Of a DNA stretch of 63,297 nt, positions 1 to 12,030 are shown one piece after another. The stretch is from Hemiscyllium ocellatum (taxonomy: Eukaryota). The DNA is taken from NCBI RefSeq assembly GCF_020745735.1, contig NW_026867498.1:248704-312000 (forward strand). Reading direction: 5' to 3'. The first letter of the stretch is position 1, and each line of letters opens with the position of its first letter. Both the position numbers and the translations under genes were made by a program. The notes under the pieces were generated by a model. The model had not been told where the DNA came from, searched no databases, and saw nothing but the letters and a program-made list of their open reading frames with translations.

Positions 1-471
1 ATCACCCATATCAAGTGAGACTGGTTTGGTTTGGAATCCTGGTGGGCATGGACGAATTGGACCGAAGTGTCTGTTTCTGTGCTGTATACCTCTATTGAAA
101 CCAGTAGAATTCTGAAAGGGGCTTGACAGGATAGGTGCAGATAAAATGCCTCTTTGTGGGGAGGGTCTCGAAGTCCGACAATGTGGAAGCAGGTCATTCA
201 GCCCATCTATCTCACTCTGGCCCTCTGAACAGTATCCCACCCACACCCAACCCCTTACTCCGTATTTCCCCTGGCCAATCCACCCTAACCTGTACATCCC
301 TGGTCACTATGGGTAACTTAGCACGGCCAATTCTCCCTCACCTACACTCTAATCTATAAATTACCTTCTCAAGAATGTAATTTAAGTGCAGAGCTTTTCT
401 AAGAAATTTGTCAGTCTGACTGAACATTGAGGCACAGACAGAATTCACACCTATTGTCTCTACTTATAAAC

Positions 472-1145
472 AGGGCAACGTCTCTTCGAAATGTAGATTC
501 ATTTAGATATAACTGCGTCACTTTACATATTAAGATATCCCTTTGAATGTGCCACATCCCTTTGAAATGTAATCTCGTCCATTTACATCTCTGTATTTGC
601 GGAAATACCCGTTAAAATGTCCATGTCCCTTTAAAATGCAGATTTCCCCCTTTAGATATGAGGCCGTTCCGTTAGATGTGGGAATATGTGTTTAAATGGA
701 GCGGTGAGCTTTCCCAATGTAGACAGGGCTCCTCGAAACGTGGCAGTGTCCCCCCCTGCAGCTGCAGAGCGAGACAGGAGAGTTTGTTTTTGTGAATGAG
801 CAGTTGTAGCGCGAGGTGGCTGTTGCTTGGTGACGGTGAGGCTCCCCGGCCCCGCCCATCCCCCCGTGCAGACGTCACGCGGGGGCGAAGGCGGTTGGGA
901 GGAGAAGTCGCTCGAGCGAGGAAGCGGCGGGAGGGCGGCCGTTAGGAAAATGGCGCCGTGCGGCCCGGGGCAGACACCCGGCACTGGCCGCCGCCGCCGC
1001 CTTCCTGGCGCAGCTGCTGTGTCACGGCCACACCGGCCGGCTGTACAGCAGCCAGGAGCCGGTGAACATTCTGGAGGCGGATGGGGTTAAGGACCTGCTT
1101 GGGAACTGGTCGGGCGCCTGGGTGGTGGAGTTCTACTGGTCGTGG
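472..1145 (+). repeat. Segmental duplication, copy A (pairs with 13953-14627)
   Basis: Near-identical ~675 bp starting AGGGCAACGTCTCTTCG at both places; ORF-track entries 652..984 and 14134..14466 translate identically (offset 13482). Confidence 0.95.
780..949 (+). promoter_or_regulatory. CpG-island promoter of the QSOX-like fragment
   Basis: CpG-dense; GC box CCCCGCCC (~849-856) and CRE-like GACGTCAC (871-878) just upstream of ATG 950. Confidence 0.6.
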
Positions 1146-1204
1146 GGCGGCCCCTGTGTCAACTATGGGGCCACCTGGAAGGTACTGGGCCCGGGAGGTG
1201 AAAG
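950..1204 (+). pseudogene. QSOX: QSOX-family (sulfhydryl oxidase) exon 1, frameshifted, active site destroyed
   Basis: Frame shifted +1 from ATG 950 reads ALAAAAFLAQLLCHGHTGRLYSSQEPVNILEADGVKDLLGNWSGAWVVEFYWSWGGPCVNYGATWKVL, matching the QSOX Trx1 start (LYS..DP...WxVEFyxSWCGHCxxyAPTWKxLAxxVK). CGHC has become GGPC; an extra G near 1188 breaks LAREVK; donor GTGAGG at 1205. Confidence 0.85.
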
Positions 1205-1295
1205 GTGAGGCAGGTTGTGGGGGGGGACGGAGGGGAAGGAATGTGGGGCCTGTCCTGTCATAGTCACATTTTACACTCACTTTCCATCTGCTTTT

Positions 1296-1425
1296 ACTGG
1301 CGCTTGTGCTGTTTACCCCTCACTGTTTTTTAATCCTTGTGCTGTTTACCCCTCACTGTGTTTTTTAATCCTTGTGCTGTTTACCCCTCACTGTGTGTTT
1401 AATCCTTGTGCTGTTTACTCTTTGC
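1296..1425. repeat. ~34-bp minisatellite, ~4 copies
   Basis: Recurring TGCTGTTTACCCCTCACTG...TTAATCCTTG. Confidence 0.85.
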
Positions 1426-1599
1426 TGTTACTTGTGCAATTGCTGAGGGTAGTGTGTAAATACTAGGGAAGGAGATTTTCCACCAGCATGTATATGTTCT
1501 TAGTCATTCAAGCGGTAGGACCTGTTAAGAATGGTTAGTAAAGCATATGGTACACTAAGCCTGTTAACATGGAGATAGTTTGGTATTTGGAAAAATATA

Positions 1600-1900
1600 C
1601 TTTTTATTATTTTGAGTCACAGATGTACAGCATGGAAACAGACCCATTTGGTCTAACCTGTCCATGCCAACCAGATACCCTAAATTAATCTAGTCCCATA
1701 TGTCACCACTTGGTTCATTTCCCTCTAAACCCTTCCTATTCATATACTCATCCAGATACCTTTTTAAATGCTGTAATTATACCGGTCTCCACTACTTCCT
1801 CTGGCAGCTCATTCCATACATGCACCACCCTCTGCATGGAAAAGTTGCCCCATGGGTACCTTTTATATCTTTCTGCTCTCACCCTAAACCTATGTCCTCT
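1600..1900 (-). mobile_element. CR1 LINE 3' fragment
   Basis: Reverse complement of the CR1 3' end (VWNELPEEVVEAG-type coding plus 3' UTR) seen throughout the window. Confidence 0.7.
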
Positions 1901-2379
1901 AGTTGTGAACCTCACCCCTACGCTGACGAAAAGGCATTTAAAAAAAAGTTAAGCAGCCAGACAAAATGCAAAAGCTATAAAATGTTGAGCCTTAAGGGGG
2001 AAAAAGAACTGTGCCTCTACACTTTTATATCATCATGAGGGGCATGGATAGTGTAAATAGACGTATTTTCCTTTGGATGGGGCAGTCCAGAACTGGAGGG
2101 TAATAGGTTTAGCAAGTCGGGCAGCATCCAAGGAGCAGGAAAGTTGGCATTTCGGGAAAAGGCCCTTCATCAGGGAAGTGTAAGTTTGTGTATAAGACTG
2201 TGTGCATGGGAAAGTGTATTTGCATGAGTGCCTACTTGATAAAGTGAGATTATGATGGAGTATGAGCCTGCGAGAGGGTGAGAGTTTTGAGGGGGTGGTG
2301 TATGTGTATGAGAGAGGTATGGATATCAGTGAGGGGTTGCATTTTGCTAAAACAAAGGAGGGCAAGACTTGAACAGGTA

Positions 2380-2830
2380 ATGGTAGGGCCCTGGGTCATA
2401 TTGTAGAACAGAGACCTGGAGTTGTTCAGGTTCATTGTTCTTGAAAGTTACCTCACTGGTAGATGGGGGTGAAGAAGGTGTTCAGCACACTTGCCTTCAT
2501 TGTTCACATGCTGAGTACAGGAGTTGGGACATCATGTTGGAGATGCACACAGAATATATGTTACTCATAAACGCATTGCCAGCAGAGGTAGTAGAGGCAG
2601 GGACGGTAGATTCATTTAAGTTACATCTGGACAGATGCATGTGTCGTTGGAGAGCAGAGGGATACAGTTTCAGAAATTGGGCAATAAGTTTAGACAGAGG
2701 ATTTGGATCAGCTCAGGTTTGGAGGGCTGTCAGGCCTGTTCCTGGGTTGTAAATTTTCTTTGTTCTCCATTGAGGTTGTACAGGATGTTGGTGAGGCCAT
2801 TTGTTTTGGAGTACTGAGTTCAGCTCTGGT
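2380..2830 (+). mobile_element. CR1 LINE fragments
   Basis: LKVTSLVD...EYRSWDIML and NALPAEVVEAGTVDSFKLHLD CR1 RT C-terminal motifs. Confidence 0.7.
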
Positions 2831-2869
2831 CGCCCTGTAATAGGAAGAATACTATTAGAGCCCAGACCA

Positions 2870-3240
2870 ATGAGGAGCAGTGGAACACTGGAAGGAGTCT
2901 GGTCCTCCTGCCATTCAGAGCAGCCCTATTGTCTGAATCAGAGACGTCGATTTTCCTGCTCCTCAGATGCTGCCTTACCAGCTGTGCTTTTCCAGCATGA
3001 CTTCAATCTTGACCCATGAGCTTCTGAAGCTGCTGCTGCTCCTCCCTCTTTGAATGAAGATTGAGATTCATCCAAGACTGTAATTTCCTTCCTCTGTCCA
3101 ACAGCACTCTCTTCTCTCACTCCCTTTTCTATTTCTTTTACTTTCATGTTGGGATCCAATTGTTGACTTGCAGCAACTGAAAAGAAAGGGAGTGAATCCA
3201 GAAAGAGGCCAGACTCTGGAAAAGCTGGTCCAGGTCTGTG
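2870..3240 (+). promoter_or_regulatory. ZNF promoter/exon-1 module, partial copy (donor deleted)
   Basis: Homologous to 5580-5830 (CCAATGAGG..GGTCCTCCTGCCATTCAG..TGAATGAAGATTGAG), but the GTGAGTAC donor is missing. Confidence 0.65.
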
Positions 3241-3929
3241 CCTCAAACATGTGGCAAGTGCAGTACCACAGTGTGAAGTTATAGTCTTTGCTGTGAAAAA
3301 AAAAAGCAGAAATGAGATGTATTGTTTAAATGGTGATATATTGGGAAGTGGAGAAAGTGAGGACTGCTAATGCTGGAGATCAGAGTCAAAAAGTGCAGTG
3401 CTGAAAAAGCACAGCAGGTCAGGCAGCATCCAAGGAGTAGGAAAGTTGACATATCGGGCCCTTCATCTGGAATTATGTGATTTAGGGTGAGGGGGGAAAG
3501 ATATAAAAGAGACCTAAGGGGCAACCCTTTCACGCAAAGGGTGGTACATGTATGGAACGAGCTGCCAGAGGAAGTGGTGGAGGCTGGTACCCATTATAAT
3601 ATTTAATAAGCATCTGGCTGGTTACATGAAGAGGCAGCATTTCGAGGGAAATGGGCTAAATGCTGGTAAATGGGAATAGATTGGTTTCGGATATGTAGTT
3701 TGTATGGATGAGTTGGGCCGAAGGGTCTGTTTCTGTGGTGTCTGACTCTAGTTGTCTTCGGTGAAAGCAGAAGTGTGGTTGTGAAGACGGGACTTTCAGA
3801 GCAGCTTTCAAAGATGTTTTGCCCTTACTGGGACCGGAAGAAGTTACAATGAAATCTTTCATTTGGGAGACAGCAAGCAACTAAGTGAATACATCTGGGA
3901 TTTTGGTGGAAACTGGGAATTTGTTGCAC

Positions 3930-4635
3930 TGTGGGATGAAGAATGTCCATTCTATCTCTCTCGCCACCCCACCCTCTGACCCCTGTCCAGTCCATCACCC
4001 CACCCTCTCACCATTCCTTCTTTCTCTCACCCCCACCCTCTGCCCACCCACCCATCTGTTCCCTCCCCCAGCACCTTCTGCTTCTTGTCCTTTCTCTTCC
4101 CACCAATTGCCCCTGTCCATTCTCTCTATCTTCCCACACTCTGCAGTCCCCCATTCAGTCTCTGCTCACACTCTGGACCACGCACGCGCTCTCACGCTCT
4201 CTCCATCACCCACATCAGCCCCTGTCCATTCCTCCAACCAGTCACAGTGCCCCCAATCCATTCCCCCCCGCCACCTACAGTGCCTCTTGTCAATTTCCTC
4301 TGGCCACCCGCAGTGCTCCCTGTCCATTCCACACCGGCCACCCGCAGTGCCCCGTCCACCCCCCACCCCCCCCCTCCCTTCTCCATCCACAGTACCCCTG
4401 TCCATTCCCCTCCTGCCCAGTCCCCCTCGCCACCCACAGCACCGGCTGTCCAACCCACACTGCCACCCATAGCACCCCCTGTCCATTCTCTCCCCCAGTC
4501 CATTCAACCCGCCAGCCACAAGTCCCCCATCCATTCCCCCGTCACCCAGAGCACCCCCTGTCCATTTCCCCCGACACCCTCAGTGCCCCCTGTCCATTCT
4601 CCCCCGCCACCCACTGCACCCCCATCCATTCCCCC
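3930..4635. repeat. C-rich low-complexity tract
   Basis: Recurrent CCCCTGTCCATT/CCACCC motifs; the ORFs here are only Pro/Ser/His-rich. Confidence 0.7.
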
Positions 4636-4956
4636 ATGGACTATAACCTGGTGTTGTGATTTTTAACCATATTCAGAAACATCTGAAAGCACATACTTTT
4701 TTTAAAAAGAGCTGCTGAAATCTTTCTGAAACTTTCATTGAAGTCTGCGCAGTTAGGCTACAGCTCAGGACAAGCTGTAAGGGGTGAATGGCCTATACAT
4801 AGTCTCGTGAGATTGGTTCCAACTATGTAGAAATAGAGTTGTAAAGCATGGACACAAAGATTTTCAGTCCAGGCTGACCGGATATTCCATTTTAATCTAG
4901 TGACCCATTTGCAAGCATTTGGCCCATATCCCTCTAAACTCTTCATTTTCATATGC

Positions 4957-5116
4957 TGGAGATCAGAGCTTAAAAATGTGTTGCTGGAAAAGCGCAGCAG
5001 GTCAGGCAGCATCAAAGGTCAGGAATCCTGAAGAAGGGCTTATGCCCGAAACGTCGATTCTCCTGTTCCTTTGATGCTGCCTGACCTGCTGCGCTTTTCC
5101 AGCAACACATTTTTAA
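4957..5116 (+). mobile_element. Penelope-derived fold-back insert with hammerhead
   Basis: ~47-bp perfect inverted arms (4972-5018 / 5068-5114) around a hammerhead motif; flanks repeat CTTC(A/C)TTTTCATATGC, which looks like a TSD. Confidence 0.75.
5023..5060 (+). ncRNA. Minimal type-I hammerhead ribozyme motif (PLE type)
   Basis: GAATC-CTGAAGA-A-GGGC-TTAT-GCCC-GAAACGTC-GATTC: stem I, core, stem II, palindromic ACGT and GUC cleavage triplet. Confidence 0.75.
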
Positions 5117-5329
5117 GCCCTTCCTTTTCATATGCCCATCCAGGTGCCTTTTAAATGCTGTAATTGTACCAGCCTCCACCACTTCCTCCGGCAGCTCATT
5201 CCAAACACACACCACCCTCTGTGTGAAAGAGTTGCCCCTTAGCTCCCTCATAAATATTTTCCCCCTCATCCTAAATCTATGCCCTCAAGTTCTGGACTCG
5301 CACCCACTACCCTGGGGAAAAGGCATAAA

Positions 5330-5759
5330 AAAGTTGAACGGCCAGACAGAATGCAAAAGGAATAAAATCTTGAGCCACAGGAAAAAATGTGATTCTATCC
5401 TTTTTTTTCCCGATTTGCATTTGGACGCTTAAAAACGTCAGTAATAACGGCATCTCCACAGAGCATACTGCGCATGCTCCTCGGTGTCAGTAAGGCAAAA
5501 CGTATATTTGCCGGTGTCAGCAAATCACTGCGCATGCTTCTTGCTGTCCGCCGAAAAGGCGCGCGACCTACTTTTGACGAACCAATAGAATGCCAAGGAG
5601 GACCAGAAGAAGACCGGTCCTCCTGCCAATCAGGGGCCCCCATGTTGTTTGAATGCGGAAGGTGCTCCATGAGTTTCTGAACCTGCTGCTGATTCTCTGC
5701 CTCTGAATGAAGATTCACCTTCACGCCGGACTGCAACTTCCTTCCTCTATCTAACTTCT
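5330..5759 (+). promoter_or_regulatory. ZNF promoter + non-coding exon 1 (best-preserved copy)
   Basis: Two NRF1-type TGCGCATGC (5469, 5529), two CCAAT boxes (5582, 5626), CpG-rich, strong donor GTGAGT at 5760. Confidence 0.7.
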
Positions 5760-6609
5760 GTGAGTACGGCGCTCTCTTTTCTCACCACCGTTTTCCATTT
5801 GTTTTTAATGCTGGGGTCAAGGGCTGTCCCCAAGGGGGAGCTGCAGAACAAGGTGCTGGGGCGGGATAGTGCAGTGGGGGTACGTGAAGACAGGGAGAGG
5901 GTAGGACCTGGCTGATCAATGGGAGGAAGGAATCAGGGTGGCAGGGAGGAGTGGAAAGGAGTTGGGGAATGGGAAGGGAGGTTCCTTGAAATTGGAGAAC
6001 TCAATGTTGAGTCCTCTGAGCTGTAGGCTGCCCGGGCAGAAGATGGTGACTGGGAGGTTCAGGCCGCTACAGACCCGGCTGTGATGCTCAGCGAACCATT
6101 TCCCAAGTTTACATTTTATCTCTCCAATGTAGAGAAGACCACAATTGGCAAACACGTGGCAAGTGCAGTACCATCATATGAAGTGATAGCCTTTTCTGTG
6201 GGAAAAAAGGCAGAAAGGTGTGTTGTTTAAATGATGTATTGGGATGTGAAGAAAGTGAGAACTGGGGATCGGAGTCGGAAAGTCTGGCAAAGAAAAGCAC
6301 AGCAGGTCAAGCAGCATCCGAGCAGTAGGACAGTCGAAGTTTCGGGCCCAAGCCCTTCATCAGGAATGATGCGTGGATGTTCCGAGGGGCATCAGTGTCC
6401 TTCTGTGCCAGTTGTCAGACAGGTGCAGCAGGCAATAAGCAAGGCAAGTGGTGTGTTAGCAAGAGGAATTGAGTTCAGAAATGGGAATGTCATCCTGCAG
6501 TTAGGGGGTCATTTGAATAAATTCAAGGCTGAGTTAATCTGATTTTTCAACAAGAAAGAAGTGGATGTTTATGGAGGAAGCAAGAAAATGGTTTTAAGCC
6601 CAGTTTAGA

Positions 6610-7030
6610 ACAGTTCCAGAGTCAGACAACACAGAAACAGACCCTTCAGTCCAACTAAACCGTGCTGACTGTGTTCACAAACTAAACCAGTCCCACCTGT
6701 GTGTATTTGGCCCATATCCCTCTGACCCTTTCCTATTCATGTCCTGATCCAAATGTCTTTTAAACCTTGTTACTGTACCTACATCCACCACCGTGTCTGG
6801 ACATTGATTCCACACACAAACTACTCTCAAAAAAAAAGGCGCTACTCCAGTCTTTTGAAAATCTTTCTCCACTCCCCTTCCTCATTTGCTCCCTAATCTT
6901 GAAACCCCCATCCTAGGGAAAGGACACCTGCGGTTCACCTCATCTACCCTCCTCAGGATTTTATGAACCTCTTTTAAGGTCACCTCTCAACCTCATGTGT
7001 TCCAGTGAAAAAAGTCCCAGCCTATCCACC
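6610..7030 (-). mobile_element. CR1 3' fragment
   Basis: RVVCVWNQCPDTVVDVGTVTRFKRHLD motif in ORF 6675..6872. Confidence 0.75.
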
Positions 7031-7899
7031 TAGCTGTAGGTATATTCCTATCCAGTTATGAATTGTTCAATGCTGGTGCCGACTCGAAAGACCGAATGGT
7101 CCAGTCTTGCTCCCAACTCTCTCGCTCTGTGTCCAGGACAGCAAGAGGCCCTAAGTCAGAGGAGCAGAAATTAGGCCATTCAGTCCATCAGGTCTAATCA
7201 CCCCATTCAATCGTGGCTGCTAGGTTTCTCAACCCCATTCTCCCCGTAACCCTCGATCCCCTTGATACTCAAGAACCTATCTGTCTCAGTTTTAAATATC
7301 CCCAGTGACCTGGCCTCCACAGCCTTCTATGGAAATAGATTCCACAGATCCACCGCTCTCTGGCTGAAGAAGTTTCTCCTTTCTAAAAGAACTTCCCTTT
7401 ACTCTGTACCCTCTGGTCTGAGTCTGTCCTACCAATGGAAACATCTTCGCAACGTCCACTCTGTCTGGGCTGTTGTCCGGTGGTGGAGATTGGCACAATT
7501 ACAACATTTAAAAGGCATGTGGATGTCGGACTGTTCTCAGCTCTGCTGGATTTCTGTTGAAGCTTTGATTCCACCCCCTTTTTTTTTACACCTTCTGGGA
7601 CAATAAAACATTCAATTAATCAATCAATCAATCAAGTCCCAACGCACAATCCCCCAGCCTGTGAACCGTCCAGGCACAGTGTAGTCACAGCAGGGAATCA
7701 AACAAGAAAAATGAAACCAAATTAGAAATAAATAGGTGCTTGTGTTTAATGTTTATTCATTCGGAAGTAAACCAGAAATAGGGCTCTCCCAGGATTCGTA
7801 TGGTGCCCTACTTGAGGAATTCTTTCTCTCTTACATCGAACTGTTAGTACGCAGCTATGATTTATAACAATATTTACATCAACAGGACTAAAGCATCTG

Positions 7900-8440
7900 T
7901 TATCAAATTGACAGTGATGTACAGCACGGAAATAGAGTTTTTCTCTCTCTCATGCACACACGCACATACAAGTCCATGGGAGTGAATTTGTATTTGCAGA
8001 TACATTCTGTTTTGTTCAAAAAATACAATTTGCAGGCAGTCAATCCATGTAATATATTCTAAATTCCACTTTGGAAATAGAGCCAGTCTGACTCAAGACT
8101 GGGACACAGACAGACTCTGACCTCACACCTGTAATGCGTTGTCAGAGCTGAGATGTCACCTCTTGTTATAAAACCTCGAGTTATCTTGATAAGGTGCCTT
8201 GCAGGAAGTTCTGGGATTTACATGTGAATGATAGCTGCAACCCATTCTCGAAGATGAAAGATTTAACAATCCAGGTTTGTTCAATACATCATTTCAGTGG
8301 CAAGACACTTTTTTTTCTATATGTGTCTTATGATCTTATTCTCCGCAATGACCTGATGAAGGATCAGTCCGAAAGCTAGTCCTTCCAAATAAATGTGTTG
8401 GACTATAACCTGGTGGTGTGTGTTTTTTCAACTTTGACCA
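7900..8440 (+). mobile_element. Penelope-like family B terminal (pLTR-like) fragment ending in a hammerhead
   Basis: Repeated at 10620-11320(-), 25140-25624(+), 33000-33320(-), 36780-37470(+); contains CTGATGA-A-GGA-TCAG-TCC-GAAAGCTA at 8353-8378. Confidence 0.6.
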
Positions 8441-8625
8441 GATGAGGGTGGATTGACCATGCTAAATTACCCATGGTGTCCAGGAATGTGCAGATTAGGT
8501 GTATTAGTTAGGGTTAAATGTAGAGCAATAGGGGTAAGGGAGTGGGTGTGGGTGGGTTACCCTTCGGAGGATCGGTTTGGTCTTGTTGGGCCGAGTGGCC
8601 TGCTTCCACACTGTGGGGATTCTCT
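8440..8625 (+). mobile_element. HE1 SINE 3' fragment
   Basis: GGATTGACCATGCTAAATT...GTGCAGATTAGG...CTTCCACACTGT, matching the full copy at 27768-28078. Confidence 0.7.
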
Positions 8626-9369
8626 GAAGGGAAGGGATTTTTGCAAGCATACTTTTTTTTTGCTTCACAAAATCAGACCTGCTCACTCTCAGCAGTATCC
8701 CAATGTTGTGAAAGATATTAACTTTCAGGTGGAGTTATCCAAAATTCAGAGAGATGTCAGTCTTGATGTTTTTGCTTTTCTGCCCCTGGAAGATCCTGAA
8801 TCAGCACCTTCAGGGGAATGAGTTAGATCAGAGTGAGAACAGAGGGGGAGAGAGAGTGGGATGGTGCTTTCAATTTTGTGGAATAACAAAAGAAAAGAAT
8901 ATTCTACAGAAAATAGAATTGCTTGTTCAGAATTTCTACCCTGCACTGACAGTGATGACTCTTATTTGTTTTTAACAGTGGATTTGAAAGTCTGAAGACT
9001 GAAGCTTCAAAATGTCAGAAACGTGGACTCTCCTGCTCCTCAGATGCTGCCTGACCTGTTGTGGTTTTCCAGCGCCACACTTTTCGACTTGGACTGTCCA
9101 GCGTCTGCAGTCCTCACTTTGACGTCCATGTCTGACAGTCACTCGATCCATCGGGACCGGAAACATTTTCCGACTATGCGTCTGTGAGAAGGAGCAAAGC
9201 GTTTTGGTCCCTGTTTGAGTACGTTTTTAGCGTCAGTGAGGCTGGATGAGAAGATCCCACTGTTGCAGTGCACTGAGTGTGGAGCCTGAAACAGTTATAC
9301 GGCCTGGGAAGAGCAATTTACGGTGGGGAGTGGCTCCACACGCATTTCTGTGTAACTGAAGCTGTGGCC

Positions 9370-10002
9370 ATGGAGAAACCTGAGGAATCCCGCCCCGTGG
9401 CAAAACCATGGAAGTGTGGCGACTGTGGGAAAGGCTTCCGTGTCCCGTCTGTCCTGGAGACTCATCGGCGCAGTCACACTGGGGAGACCCCGTTCCCCTG
9501 TCCCGTCTGCGGAAAGGGCTTCAGCACTTCCTCCACCCTGCTAACCCACCAGCGGATCCACACGGGGGAGAGGCCCTTCAGCTGTCCAGAGTGTGGGAAT
9601 TCTTTTACCCAGGCCTCTGTCCTGCTAACCCACCGGCGGATCCACACGGGAGAGAGGCCCTTCAGCTGCCCCGAGTGTGGGAAGGCCTTCAGCAATTCCT
9701 CCAACAGGCTGAAACACCAGCGGGTCCACACTGGGGAGAGGCCCTTCAGCTGCCCAGTGTGCAGGAAGGCCTTCAGCGATTCCTCCACCCTGCTGAGGCA
9801 CCAGCGGGTCCACACGGGGGAGAGGCCCTTCAGCTGTCCAGAATGCGGGAAGAGATTTACCCAGGCCTCCAACTTGCTGACCCATCTGCGGAGCCACACG
9901 GGGGAGAGGCCCTTCAGCTGCCCCCTGTGCGGGAAGGGCTTCACCCGCTCTACCAACCTCCGGAGGCACCAGCGAGTTCACGTACCATCGCAAGGGGATT
10001 GA
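9370..10002 (+). CDS. C2H2 zinc-finger protein, 7 fingers, no effector domain (210 aa)
   Basis: [23 protein letters not shown]..., TGERPF linkers, C-terminal VPSQGD; ATG in GCCATGG context; putative acceptor TTGCAG ending at 9268. Confidence 0.9.
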   Translation: MEKPEESRPVAKPWKCGDCGKGFRVPSVLETHRRSHTGETPFPCPVCGKGFSTSSTLLTHQRIHTGERPFSCPECGNSFTQASVLLTHRRIHTGERPFSCPECGKAFSNSSNRLKHQRVHTGERPFSCPVCRKAFSDSSTLLRHQRVHTGERPFSCPECGKRFTQASNLLTHLRSHTGERPFSCPLCGKGFTRSTNLRRHQRVHVPSQGD

Positions 10003-10619
10003 AGGAGCGATGGCCGTGTGCCATTATCGACTGGACTATCAATCCAGTTCCGGGGACTCCCAGGTTTGAATCCCACTGCAGCAGATGGTGCGATACAGGG
10101 TATAAATTGAAATTGCCGAGTAAGGCAATACTTCCTCCAGGTTAAGGCTGTACCAAGGATCCAATTACAAAGGGACAGCTTGGGGGTGACCAATAGTAAA
10201 GAGGTGAGGTGGGTTGGGGGTTGGTGGGGTAGCATGTGCGCTTTGACCTTGAGCTGTTTAAAAAGCAGCTACGTTTTCTCTGCCTTTTTGCTGAGGGGGT
10301 TTGAAGCTCTAACAAAGTTGGATCTCAATAAAGGTTACCTGAATTTACCCCCTGGCTCAGACTCTTATTGAAAGCTTTGAGCTCCAAGAGGTTTTTGTTT
10401 TAAAGCTGCTCATTTCTTGCAGCCTCCTGCACTAAGCTTCCAATGTCGTGTATCAGATGGAGTGGTGAATGAGCAGCCTGTTACATTAGATATTGTCAAT
10501 TTTTCAGGAGTGCAGAATGTGTCAAATCATCGGCGTTGTAAAGTTTACTACCAGCATCAGGAGGTGTGGGCTGTGTTCACTAGACATGATGTGGAGGAGC
10601 CGGTGGTGGACTGGCCTGG

Positions 10620-11320
10620 ATGAAGTTAAAAATCACTCAACAACAGGTTATAGTCCAACAGGTTTATTCGAAAGCACTAGCTTTCGGAGCACTGCTCCTT
10701 CATCGGGTAACTGTGGAGCATGATCATAAGACACAGATTTTATAGCAGAAGAGCACAATATCATGCAACTGAAATGACATTGAACAAACCAAGATTGCTG
10801 TTTAGTCTTTCACTTTTTGGAATGAGTTGCAGGTTTCAGTTCATTAGCATGTAAATCCCAGAACATCTTTTAATTCACGTACTCAAGATGACTGAAGCTT
10901 TTTTTTAAAAAAAGTGACAACTCATCCCAGATAACCCCGATAAAGGTGTGAGGTTCGAGTCTGTCAATGTCCCAATTTTGAAACAAACTGGTTCTATTTC
11001 CCAAGTAGGCATTTATAAAATATTACATGGATTGACTGCCTGCAGACTGTGCACTTTTTGAACAGAATTGAATGTACCTGCAAACATAATTCTGCCAATA
11101 CAAATTTGCCCAAAAAGTAATGTGTGGATGTGAGTTTGTGCTTGTGTGTGTGCATGCTTGGTAAAGTGAGTGTGATGGAGTATATGCCTGAGAGTGTGTT
11201 GGGGGGTGGAGGGATGTATGTGTCGGTGTCTGAGAGAACACGTGTGTATGAGTGAGGAATGAATAAAAGTGAGGACTTTCGTTTTGCTAAAACAAGGGGG
11301 GGAATTGTACCGTTAATGGT
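10620..11320 (-). mobile_element. Penelope-like family B terminal fragment
   Basis: Reverse complement of the 7900-8440 family, with a hammerhead remnant at ~10675-10710. Confidence 0.6.
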
Positions 11321-12030
11321 AGGGCCCTGTGTTGTGTTGTAAAAGAGAGACATAGTGGGGTTCAGGTACACAATTCTTTGAAAGTTGCATCGCTGCTAGA
11401 CAAGGTGGTCAAGAAGGCATTTAGCACACTTGCTTTCATTGTTCACACCATTGAGTATAGGGGTTGGGACATCATGTTGAGGTTGTACAGGATGTTGGTG
11501 AGGCCACTTTCAGAGGACTGAATATGGTTCTGGTGGCCCTGTAACAGGAAGAATAGTATTAGAGAGGGTTTAGTAAAGATTTGCCAGGATGTTGTAAGGA
11601 CTGGAGGGTTTGAGTTATCAGGAGAGGCTGGGACTTTATTCACTGGAGCACAGGAGGTTGGGGGTTGACCTCATTGAGACTGATAAAATCATGAGGAGTG
11701 GAGGTAAGGTGAATAGCAAATGGCTCTTCCTTAGCGTAAGGGAACTCAAAACTAGGGGAGTATTTCTTTAAAGTGAGAGGAGAGATATTTTAAAGGAACC
11801 TGAGGGGTGACATTTTGGCAGGGTGGTTTGTGTGTGGAATGAACTTGCTGAGGATGTGGTAGATGCAGGTACATTTACAAAGTTTAAACGACATTTGGAT
11901 GGGTACATGAATAGAAAGGTTTAGAAGGATATGGGCCAAATGCAGGCAAGTGGGACTGGTTTAGTTTGGGAGCCCTGGTCACCATGGATGGGTTAGACCG
12001 AAGGGTCTGTTTCTGTGCTGTATACCTCTC
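11300..12030 (+). mobile_element. CR1 LINE 3' fragment
   Basis: LKVASLLDKVVKKAFSTL / YRGWDIMLRLYRMLVRP / VCVWNEL motifs and CR1 3' UTR. Confidence 0.8.

Larger units (their letters stand above)
4790..5310 (-). mobile_element. CR1 3' fragment interrupted by a Penelope-derived fold-back insert
   Basis: ORF 5012..5269 RELRGNSFTQRVVCVWNELPEEVVEAGTITAFKRHLD. Confidence 0.8.

Noticed and set aside
827-1090. 87-aa ORF MVTVRL...MAPCGPG as a functional gene
   Set aside because: It is the out-of-frame reading of the frameshifted QSOX exon.
4970-5116. piggyBac or MITE, given TIRs bounded by TTAA
   Set aside because: The arms are identical to the Penelope 3' terminus, other copies have 15-16-bp TSDs rather than TTAA, and the arms are asymmetric in length.
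9277-9369. [11 protein letters not shown]-terminal extension of the ZNF ORFs as an effector domain
   Set aside because: The track starts at GTG; the first ATG in good context gives MEKP. The 31 codons are poorly conserved between paralogs and resemble 5' UTR or a decayed finger.
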